DNA from: Lytechinus pictus | Taxonomy: Eukaryota | Direction: 5' to 3' | DNA length: 64,000 bases | Assembly: GCF_037042905.1 (NCBI RefSeq) | Contig: NC_087256.1 | Coordinates: 21,886,001-21,950,000, forward strand | Shown: positions 1 to 11,500 of the stretch, in pieces | How the letters are laid out: the number at the start of each line of letters is the position of its first letter | Numbering within the stretch: position 1 is the stretch's first letter | Position numbers and translations under genes: made by a program | The notes under the pieces: model-generated | What the model saw: the letters and a program-made list of their open reading frames with translations, nothing else | The model's database searches: none | Told to the model about the DNA's origin: nothing

Positions 1-837
1 TATTATAGATGGGGATTTGAAGAAGCGACGTATCATAAACTGATCTGAAATATAATCGAGGGCTTGACTAATCAGTCAGTGCCTTGTATACAATCAACAA
101 AATCTTGAATTAACACAACAAATATCTAATGTTTTTGTTATTCTATAAAAAACATGACTATCCCCCTCAAAAAAAAAATCAGAGTTGAAAAAAGGACATA
201 GATTTTTTGTGTGGAAGCCAAGAAATATGCGAATTTATTTTCAAGAACCAGTAATTTACAGATATATTCTCGATTTACTTCTATTATGGATTCAATTATT
301 CCACAGTAGGTACATGTAAGATCTCTTTGGCAGGGCACAAGCTTGTCGACGCACCACCACCATCTTCACTTGTTAAAAATATACATGTAAATGGACTTTA
401 TGAAGAGGGGGTGTCAGGCATGAAATATAGGCCTATATATCTTTTTTTTAGAATATATTCTTTATTTTTTATTCTTATCACAACTTACTGCCTAAATCTC
501 CTACAAACATTGGAAACATAAATATTGCAGTGAATGGGTAATTTCTGGGACTCTCTTCTAATTTTCACAATTTCCAGGGCTCTCTCTTTTCATCGTTTCG
601 GAGGCAAAATCGCTCCGAGCCCCTGTGTAATTTTTCCCATGGGGATACATACAAGCATAATATTAAGGTATTATTTGTGTGAAAAGTTTGAGTAAAAAGA
701 GGGCATGTGCTCCTTTTGCCCCCCCCCCCCCCCACCCCCAATCTGTGCCAGCCCACTATGAAACATGCATGGAAAAGAGCAACGTATATTGTTAAGGCAC
801 CTTCCAGGCTAAACTGATGGTAAAAATTTATACAAAC

Positions 838-2843
838 CTTCCTCCTTGAGAGCCCTCCCTGGATGTTGACCTGCTTTCTCTCTGTGCTTCCATCAATAGT
901 TTCTCCATGTTGGTACCAAAATGGATGCCCCCATGTCTGCCGTTCCCCGATCCAGTGCTGTAGGGGGTGCTGGATCCTCCGTTGTTACCCCCTCCGGATT
1001 CTAGGCTAAGGAGGGGGTCATTCACGCCCGCATGTTGGGAATACTGGAGCTCCACCCATGATTCTGAAGTAATAAGGGAAATTAACAATAACATAATGAA
1101 AATAAGAGTAGAGTTTAATATTTAATGACATTCCTCTGAATGAACTTGCTTGCAATATTCATACAACTGCTGGGCTCCGTTGCATAAAAGTTTCCATTAT
1201 GGTAACTTGCCATCAATTGGTAACTTGCATGGAATCCTTGATTTTGATTGGCTATTGATCAGCATTACCATAGTAATTACCATTGGATGGCAAAGTTACC
1301 ATAACTTTTATGTACTAACGGGGCCCAGTAGTAGTTTAAATCGAAGATCTGCACATTTAATAGGGTGTTAAGATTTAATCGAACCCTTAACACACTACCA
1401 GTTCTTCACGTATCCTCATAGTCATACTGAGTATTCTGAACCAAAATATAAAATCCATCAACATCTAGAGTCTAGACCTAGACTGAATTTTATGTCTCTG
1501 CTCCATCCAATCCAGTTGCAAACTTACAATGTCACTACTACACAAAGACATTATATTATTTGTGGCAACAAAAACAAAATGCACTAGAATGAAGAAAACA
1601 ACAAAAGAGAGCAAATTCAATAGCCAATCAGATTCTATAGTATAATTTTATAAACGTAAGGTAAATAAAACTTTTCAGAATTAACGCACTGTTTCTCTGT
1701 TACTAGCACATTAATAATATATTTAGAGACATCTCAAAACTTCTTGCCATCGAGCAACTGATTTGTTGCAGCCATGTATGATGTAATGATGTATGTGGTC
1801 AAGGAAAAAAAATTAAACAAAGAATGTAAATTGTAATTTATGACTCAGGAGTCAGGGAGTTTATTCTGCTGTCTTGGGTGGCGGAGCTCCCCGGGCCGGG
1901 CATGCCGGGCGTGAGCTGAGCCCAAGACAGCTGACAGAATCTGACTCTCTGAGACTTACAACAAGTTACATGTAGAATCTTGTGAAAGTAATGAAAGTGC
2001 ATACGCTATCTTTCAACTAAAATTTGACTTTGTTCGAATGGATTAACAGTAGAGGCGCACAGCCAATATTGGAGACTGTCTCCAATGAGGGAGATTATCT
2101 CCAATATCAGAGACTTTTGTAAAGAATTTGGGTATCCAATTTCAGAGACAGTCTCCAGTTTTGGAGACCAATTTCCTTTGTTTACATTTGCTGCAAAAGG
2201 ATTACCTTGGCGGCAAATAAAAATCTGATAAGCAGATTCCTCATGAAAAATTACCCCTTTCCACCGTCTACTTTAAAAATTCACCGTCTACTTTTGTTTT
2301 GATAAGGATTTTTGTTGTCAATCACACACAAAACAAATGGGCTTCTGACCTCAGTGAAACAAAATTTTGGGTGGAAAAAATCATGCTTTTGTTGGTGTTG
2401 TTTCTTTTGTCCTTTTGCAAAGCAAGTCTCCAATGTGGGAGATTGTCTCCCCTATTGGAGAGAGTCTCCCATATTGGCCGTGCGCCTCTACTGATTAATA
2501 CAATTACAAATAGGCCTATATCTACTTAAAATAGTTATCTAAAAACCACCTCTAATGACCACAATTAAATGAACAAAGAAACTATGGATTCTTTCATTCA
2601 TTGTCATTCTACTTCTCCTATCCCTCACTGTTCTGAGCTGTGTGTGTGCCATCAGGCCCGGTCGCGCCCCGGTGCAGCGGGCGGGAAGACGGGCAAATAC
2701 AACAACAAGAAATGGAGCTCAATCAACTCGTACAAAACGGTCAGATGTTAAGAAATTCACAAAGAATTTTGACTGATCAATAATTGCTGAGTGTCCTTAC
2801 CATTAAGAGAATCATCGTGCTCACTCCTAGGAGTAGAAGTCAT
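838..2843 (-). CDS. BNIP3: BNIP3/BNIP3L (NIX)-like mitophagy receptor, first two coding exons; gene continues beyond the left edge
   Basis: Exon 1 is 2843-2801 (MTSTPRSEHDDSLN+G, donor gtaagg). Exon 2 is 1063-838 (acceptor ttcag, donor gtttgt). The joined frame reads SLNESWVELQ, the LIR motif like vertebrate BNIP3/NIX SWVEL, and later MEKLLMEAQRES, like the conserved MEKILLDAQHES segment. Confidence 0.92.
1170..1328. mobile_element. PIF/Harbinger-like MITE
   Basis: Terminal inverted repeats ctgggctccgtt...aacggggcccag and internal inverted tatggtaacttgcc/ggcaaagttaccata. Confidence 0.7.
2047..2493. mobile_element. Non-autonomous DNA transposon (CAG termini, 5-bp TSD; hAT-like)
   Basis: TIRs CAGTAGAGGCGCACAGCCAATAT / ATATTGGCCGTGCGCCTCTACTG; ATTAA duplicated at 2042-2046 and 2494-2498; subterminal ggaga/tctcc repeats. 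Confidence 0.85.
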
Positions 2844-2923
2844 CTTGAGAACCCTGCTTTCTTCTAAAATATGTGCTTTGTTTTGATCCGTTTCTGATTA
2901 CGGCTGCAAAACTCATACGATTA

Positions 2924-2940
2924 TTGTTTACGTGTGACGT
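2924..2940. promoter_or_regulatory. Overlapping FOXO (TTGTTTAC), HIF response core (TACGTG) and CRE half-site (TGACGT) upstream of the BNIP3 ATG
   Basis: Sequence ttgtttacgtgtgacgt lies about 80-97 nt upstream of the ATG; a second E-box/HRE CACGTG is at 3216-3221. Motif match only. Confidence 0.45.
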
Positions 2941-4682
2941 TTCGTGTTTTGCTTCCGTATCGCGACCGGGGTTGCATGACCTATTGAACATCGACATCAA
3001 ACCATTTATTTCAATACAGTGGTCCCCTGGTGTTGGAGCATATATTGAAGAATTCGTGAATTTAATGAATAGAATTATTTATTCTTGGCAAAGTATTTTA
3101 AGCTATATTACTGAAATATATCAGAAAACCACGTTATGATGTATAGAAATAAGGGGCCGTATTATACAGTTATGTGGTACCCCTCGTTCTTTATACACGA
3201 TTGTCATGTATGACGCACGTGCGGTCCCTGCCATCTATGGTCCCTGCAAACTGCCTAGTCTGCAAGCTCAGACCCTGACGTACCAAATTTATTTCCTTCA
3301 CTCTTCAGTAATTTCGTCGTCCTCTTTGAAACACATTTTTCGCATTCCCCTTTCCAATATCCATTAAATAATCGCAGGGATTGACCGCCCCACTGCACGC
3401 CCCTGGAAATTTATGGCGGCCCTGAAAATGCAACATGCATCCTTCTCTTAATGGATGAGTAATGTGTAAAAATCATAAACGAAGAAATTATGGGTCGAAA
3501 ATAAGGCGATAAGAAAAATTCATCGACGTAAAAAGTATTAACGATAGCAAATGGATCAAGACGTATGGCCGTTGTTATGATTGTTTAAAATGTATGATTA
3601 AGATTGATTTTAGGCATACTTACCAATGATAAGAACAATCATAAAAAGGTGGTGATGGTATAAGGACTGCTTAGAGTAAAAAGCATGAGTGTATTTTTTT
3701 AGTGAACATTCATTGGACCGACAACTAAAGTCCTCTCCGAGGGACCAAACATATAACTTTGCTAATATTGGACGGGCCTTCACAGTAAATACTATTGATC
3801 TCGCAACTATATGCGATCGACCGCTGCGATTTTGTACAAAATAAAATGGTTGCAAAAGGTCAAACAGTCATACAGCTGAAGAATATATATATATATTTTT
3901 AAATTTCATATTGACTTGAAAACGATTCCATATGAATAGGATATTTCATTAAACGGTAGTGTGAGCGATTTTTTAAAATTTCGATATCATAAAAATGTCG
4001 AAAGGTTTGCTATGTAATGCCCCTTTATATGGTTCACTTCTTTTCCTCTTTTGATTTTCTTCATCTCCTTTCCTCTATCCCGTCCTACCTCTTCTCTTAT
4101 ATGCGTCTTTTCTTATTTGTTAACGTGTAGCCAAGTTGGGGGGGGGGGGGGCATCACTGCACCTGACTCACACTTTGCTGTGTTTTTTTTTTTCATCACA
4201 GCGTGTGCTATAGGAAATCTAGCGTTTCGGCACGGTCCTTTTATTTATTCCATTTCCCTAATTCCACTCCAAACTTTTCTTTCTCTCTTTCCTTTTTGTT
4301 GTTGCTGATGGATCCGCATCTGGCGAATTAGGTAATTCTCCCTCGGACTTCCCTTTTTCTTTTAATTTTCCTCTTTCATTCCTATATTGGATGTCGATCG
4401 GTGTTCATGGTTGGGGGGATGACTGACACATTTTCTCTGAGAGGGATTTTTCTTTCTTTTACTTTGAGGGGGAGGGGTCGTGGTCTGTGGGTCTATATAT
4501 ACATCTTTAGGGGGCCAGACATGGCATAAAGAGCAACATTTTTAGTAAAAAATCTGCGAGCGAGCAAATTATTTGACCATTTTAAAACAAAATCTAATTT
4601 TGTGATAGATTTTGACATGACATTTAGAAAAATATGAAAGATTTCACCCTTTTCCCCTTTCAATCATTTTCTTAAAAAAAAT

Positions 4683-4862
4683 TTACCCAATATTTGGTAA
4701 AAAGGGAACATGCATGTTTGCTAGGAATTTTTCACCAATATTGGGCAAAATGCATGTTTGAAGGGAAAATTCCAACCCAACAATGCGTATAACTTTACAA
4801 AATATTTGGTATCTTTTTACACAACAAACATGCATGTTCCCCTTTTACCCAATATTGGGTAA
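4683..4862. mobile_element. Palindromic MITE-like element
   Basis: ttacccaatatttggtaaaaagggaacatgcatgtttg versus caaacatgcatgttccccttttacccaatattgggtaa. Confidence 0.65.
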
Positions 4863-6379
4863 GCTTCTTTTTTTTTTTAGATGTTTCTTTCATTTCTCCT
4901 TCTGTCTTGGTCGTTAAACATTTTTTTTTGGGTGGGGGGGGGGTCCGCGTGGCCTCCAAACCCCATGTCTGCATGCGACCGGTTCATCCTGAATAAAACA
5001 GAGTGAGAATACGAGAATAATATCCACATTTTTCGAAAACCTAAAAAGAAATTTGAAATTTTCTAATGAGTGACTATTTAATGTTGCTCTTTCTTTGATT
5101 CAACAAAAAATAAATATTTTGCACACCCTCATCCAAAACAATTTCAAACACAAATAGATATGACAGTTATTTAAAAATTGTAACATTTACTTGCTCTTAA
5201 TGAATATTCAGGTATCATTTAAATAAGGCGTTGATTGAAAAATAGAAGCACATTCAACATGATAATTATAAGTAATAATTATCTTTGCCTAATTGGAGTT
5301 AGATTTACTTAATCGAAGCAAGCTAGCTATACGTGAATTTTTGCAATTGTATATTGAACCCAAATAAATCAAGTAAATTAAAAGACAATTTAAATCTCAC
5401 GTACTGAAAAAAAAATCGAGAAATAATTAAAAATAATAAATTCTACTTATATACATTAAGTGTTAACTACTAATTCAGATTTTTTTTTACAGTGTATAGG
5501 TACTTATACGGATTATACCAAATAATGGCGAGCGCGAAGCGCGAGCTGAATATTTTTTAAAGTTCATGATGACCTGAAAATGAGAAAATTTTAGGACTCT
5601 TATCGGTTTTTCATGGTTATATGATTATATTTTATACACTCTTTTAAATTTCAATTCTCCTTTCTTTTGTATTTTCTTCGCTTTATTTTACCTAATGAAC
5701 TTGAAAATAAGGAAAAAAGGCTAACAAAAATTAAGTGACATTCCAAATGATGGTAAAACAAAGGAACCACACCACATGCGCTTGGTTGCGGGAAGGGGTA
5801 ATTTAAAAAAGATTGTCATGTATAAAAGTATAATCATATAGGCCTAAACATGTTATTCTATTTCATCCTACATTTTTTTCTTTCTCCATCCATCTGTTTG
5901 TAACAGTTTCTAAAACGAATTGTGTCATTCAACAGCAATAAACTAAACAATATCGTTTTGCTCATAAGAAAATTATGAGCAAAACAATAATATCATAATG
6001 CATAAATAAGATAACCGTCGCTAACATCATCATGGTTATCAGGCATCATAATTATTTATATAATAATAATAATAATGATGATGATAATAATAATAATAAT
6101 AATAACAACAACAAAAACAACAACAATATAATTGGTATAACCTGTCATATGATTCATCATGTTAAAATATGATAATTTTCGAACTTGAAGTATTGAGGGG
6201 GGTGATAACACAGGCCATCGGCCCTATCTGAAATATTGGGGGATCGACACCCATACCGATGTGGGAGAAAAGTCCTGCGACTCTAAACAAAAAGTCAAGT
6301 TCTGTCAGTCCCAGCCAGGCCAAGAGGAGGCGATATTAGAAAAGTACACACCGCAGCTGCACTGGGTGCGGGGTCAGTG

Positions 6380-6553
6380 TAGTCTGCTGGGCAAACCCTT
6401 CACTCGAGTTAAGGGTCTGAATGTGCAGCCTACTCATGCCTTGTGTACTGAAGGCTCTCTCGCTCTGGAACAGCAAGTTTTGTATGTGCTAGTCTTTGCG
6501 TGGAGGCACACTTGTTGATCAAAGTTCCAATCAGGGTCTGTGCCTGCAGACTA
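6380..6553. mobile_element. MITE with 9-bp TSD in the ACCS promoter/5' region
   Basis: TIRs TAGTCTGCTGGGCAAACCCT / AGGGTCTGTGCCTGCAGACTA; perfect direct repeat GGGTCAGTG at 6371-6379 and 6554-6562. Confidence 0.85.
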
Positions 6554-6673
6554 GGGTCAGTGGTGGTCCTTGTATCATCACTGGAGTAATCAGCCGAGCC
6601 GATTTAGACGGCTACAAAACGAAAACTTCTTTCTGTTGGTTGAGTTGATCATAGACAGACGCGATCAGAGGAC

Positions 6674-7852
6674 ATGGCGACTTCAAATTTTGTATCTAAA
6701 GCTATTTCTCAGAGAGCCAGGAATATGTTTGCCTTCGATTTTCCACTGAAAATTCTGTTTGAGAAAATGACGGGAAATCCGTATCACGAAGATAACAAGG
6801 ATGTGAGTATATAGGCCCATCCATATACCGGTATGTATTTCTTAACATCGTTGCACTGCTATGATGACCGTTCGAGATCGAGGGATTGAAATTTTATATA
6901 CTATGCAGTTTTTTTTCTCTCTCTTGTTTATAGGGTATCATTAACCTTTCAACAGCATACAATGAAGCGGTGAAAGATGTCATTACTGAAAAGGTAATAA
7001 TGATTTAGTTGGGTGTACTGGGCTGGCATAACATATTACAATAGAATTATGGAATTAAGATGAAAAATTGCCATCATCTAATTTGCACCTTGGTTGCATA
7101 ACATGAAAATTCCCTCAAAATTGTACTCTCTGTCAGATACCGAAGTCTGCAAGTCCTATTATCCTGCAAAGGGCATAAAAATGACAATGATGATGGTGGT
7201 GCACGGTGATGATGATGACGATGATGATGATATGATAATGATGTTAATGATGATAAATAAACTAAAAATCATTGATGTACTTAAGCTACTATAGGCATAT
7301 ATAGTACTACTATATACCACTATACTACTACTACTACAACTACTACTACTACTACTACTACTACTACAGAACTGCTCTACTACTCTACTACTGCTGTACT
7401 TCTGCTACTACTGTTACTACTACTACTACTACAATCCTATACTATACTACTACTACTGCTACTGCTACTTCTANNNNNNNNNNNNNNNNNNNNNNNNNNN
7501 NNNNNNNNNNNNNNNNNNNNNNNNNNNNNNNNNNNNNNNNNNNNNNNNNNNNNNNNNNNNNNNNNNNNNNNNNNNNNNNNNNNNNNNNNNNNNNNNNNNN
7601 NNNNNNNNNNNTCNNNNNNNNNNNNNNNNNNNNNNNNNNNNNNNNNNNNNNNNNNNNNNNNNNNNNNNNNNNNNNNNNNNNNNNNNNNNNNNNNNNNNNN
7701 NNNNNNNNNNNNNNNNNNNNNNNNNNNNNNNNNNNNNNNNNNNNNNNNNNNNNNNNNNNNNNNNNNNNNNCTACTACCACTACTACTACCTCTACTACTA
7801 CTACGACTACCACCACCAACACTGTTACAACTATACTACTACTACTACTATA

Positions 7853-7892
<40 letters not shown>

Positions 7893-8034
7893 GCTCTACT
7901 ACTCTACTACTGCTGTACTTCTGCTACTACTGTTGCTACTACTACTACTACTACTACTACGATCCTACTACTACGATCCTATACTACTACTACTACTGCT
8001 ACTGCTACTTCTACTACTACTACTACATGTACTA

Positions 8035-8100
<66 letters not shown>

Positions 8101-8279
8101 CTCTACTACTTCTACTACTACTACCTCTACTACTACGACTACCACCACCAACACTGTTACAACTATACTACTACTACTACCTCCTCTCTACTACTACTAC
8201 TACTACACTACTACTACTACCACTACTACTACCTCTACTACTACTACTGCAACTACCACCACCAACACTGTTACAACTA

Positions 8280-8327
<48 letters not shown>

Positions 8328-8425
8328 CACTACTCTACTACTACTATTACTATGACTACTACTACTACTACTATACTACTACTACCACTACTACTACTAC
8401 GACAACTACTACTACTAAAAAAAAG

Positions 8426-8466
<41 letters not shown>

Positions 8467-8505
8467 TTAGTACTACTATAGCAACTACTACTAATTCTAT
8501 TAATG

Positions 8506-8537
<32 letters not shown>

Positions 8538-11500
8538 GTATACTATTACTACTCATATGAAATGATATCATAACAATTAGAGCAGTGAGAGCTAGAGATA
8601 ATAGAACATGACCATACATGACATGTCCATGTTTACAGGAACATCAACTTTGAAAATAGACCCTAATCAAATAAATATTTTTCAATCTCAAAATAGGCCC
8701 CAATACCCAATCACAAAGATGAGGGAGAGAGAGGGAGAGGGGGGGGGGCGGGGTCAAGCTTAAGTGTAGAGAGAATATCTGACATCTCTGCTGTACAGTA
8801 GGGAATCAGGATCAAACCACTGTTTTAATTATCTTGAATGTTATCATCTAGTTTAACCAGCAGGAGCTAAAGAAATGGGACTCCTCGATGCTACCCTATC
8901 CCAGTCACTGTCAAGGGGCTGCCTGCATGAGGAAGGTCATAGCAGATTTTTTGTCGGCTGAGACCAATGCTGCCCAAGTGCTTGACCCAGAGAAGGTAGA
9001 TCTTACTCATTTTTGTTACACTGCAAACGCGTGGTGCTAACTCACGTACATGTAGTATGCAGAGGAAAACAAGTCATTTAACTCCGGTTTTAAATTTGCA
9101 GTGTTATTTAAACGGTTCGTTTATTTCCAATTCGTCTAATTCCAAATCGTCCAATTAACAACTTGTCTACTATCATTTGGTCTATCATCAGTTCGTCCAC
9201 TATACACATGGTCTCATTGCCAATTCGTCCTCTCACCATTTCGTCTAATAACCAGTTGGTCCAATATGAATAGCCATTTAGTCCATGTACCATTTGGTCT
9301 AATTGGACTAAGTGTTAACTGTGCAAAATGAATGAAAATGAAATGGATATTAGACCAACTGGTTATGAGACGAAATGGTCATAGACAAAATGTTGGTTAA
9401 ACAAAGTGATGATTGAACCAAATGGTTATTGGACAAAATGGTGGTGAGTTGATGAGTTGGCAGTAGACAGATTGGCAATTTACCATTTAAACACCCATGG
9501 GTGTAAGTAACACCTCTTGTGTACTTTAAACACTCTTTGGTGTTGTTCAAACTTCAGGGTATAATGTTAACACCGGCTTAGGGTGTGGTTCTCTCGGGAC
9601 ACCCGCTCTGGTGTCAGTTAATGTGGAAAATGATTATATGACACTTTAACTGCTCAAATTTTGTTTTCTATGTCTATATCTAGTATTGTTGAGGATGACC
9701 TCATCCCCATCGCCCCCCCTCCCTTCGGCCACTCTCAGGTGGTCATTTGTACCTCTGCACGTTCCATATTTTTAAAGAAAAAACTAGGGGCTCAGTTCAG
9801 GGAAAAAGATCCTGAAAAATCATTGAAATAGTGTGAATTTTTCTACCACTTTTCAAGAAATGTTATTGATTAGAGTATTTGTACATGGACCAATGGGATA
9901 TGTTTGACTGAATTTACTGCCTTGTGAAATATGCTTTTGTATTATAAAGCACAGCTAGGCAAAATCATCCAAACTGAAATATACAGTTTAGATTAGATAA
10001 TTGTCAAGTACATTGTGAACACTGAATGCAATTCTTAATGCTGTATTTCATACTTTAGATGGTGATAATGGCTGGAGTAACTGCTGTCATAAATGTGATG
10101 GCATTCATACTCTGCAATCCGGGGGGTGAGTCTATCAGTTAAACAGGGGGGTGTTTCACAAAGATTTAAGTGTGACTTATAGTTTCACTTAAATGCTTAG
10201 TTGCGTGCGGTGTAAAAGGCTTGACCGCATTGGTCAGATCTTGCCATGAGGACGCGCACTAACTGCGTATCAATCGATAAGATCGTGCGTTGCATATCAT
10301 GTACTTAAGTGCAACTCTTAGTCATACTTAAATCTTTGTGAAACACCCCCTGGTCTATCAAAAACTTTGGTGATTGGTCAATAATGTGAAGTATACTCGA
10401 GTTTCATATATATTCCAATACATGTATTACAAAAAATGTTATTGTTATTCAATGGTTTGTTCAGCCATTGGAATTCAAATTTGGATTTTTAAAGCCTTTA
10501 CAATTTAAATTTGATACCTAGTGCCCTCTCTCGGTAATATCCTTATTGGAGATTGTAAGGCTAGCTTATAGACAAAGATTATATCCTGAACTAATAATGT
10601 ATATTTTGTATAACAGGCTTAGTGCCCCATGTTTAAAAATAATACTGTACTGTATTGGTTATATGGTTGTAGACATCAGTTCCCATTTTTCCATGCAACT
10701 TGTATCTCAGTTTCCTTGATATACTTGTTTGTTTAAAAACCTCCATATTTATGTCGTCTTGGATAACCAGTTGTGTTTTTTTAATCCTATCAATAGTTGT
10801 TGGGAAACCATTTTATAATCATAGCTTGTATATTTTGTTTTGTCTACTTTATTTACCAAATCACCTATCTTTGTTTAGATAACACTGATATTAAGTTATC
10901 ACTTTGCCACATTCCTTTTTTGGGGGGTGGGGGAGGATAAGTGGGTAGGTTTTTGTCTCACCTGCATAGCAGAGTGAGACTATAGGCGCCGCTTTTCCGA
11001 CGGCGACGGCGTCAACACCAAATCTTAACCTGAGGTTAAGTTTTTGAAATGACAGCATAACTTAGAAAGTATATGGACCTAGTTCATGAAACTTGGCCAT
11101 AATGTTAATCAAGTATTACTGAACATCCTGCCTGAGTTTCATGTCACATGACCAAGGTCAAAGGTCATTTAGGGTCAATGAACTTAGACCATGTTGGGGG
11201 AATCAACATCAAAATCTTAACCTAAGGTTAAGTTTTTGAAATGTCATCATAAATTAGAAAATATATGGACCTAGTTCATGAAACTTATACATAAGGTTAA
11301 TCAAGTATCACTGAACATCCTGCATGAGTTTCACGACACATGACCAAGGTCAAAGGTCATTTAGGGTCAATGAACTTTGGCCGAATTGGGGGTATCTGTT
11401 GAATTACCATCATAACTTTGAAAGTTTATGGATCTGATTCATGAAACTTGGACATAATAGTAATCAAGTATTACTGAACATCCTGTGCAAGTTTCAGGTC

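Noticed and set aside
7612-7613. Two called bases inside the N run
   Set aside because: This is a scaffolding artefact.
7442-8573. Poly-Thr/Tyr/Leu/Val ORFs (mucin-like)
   Set aside because: They are translations of the (TAC)n microsatellite and N gap; no splice phase fits the ACCS model.
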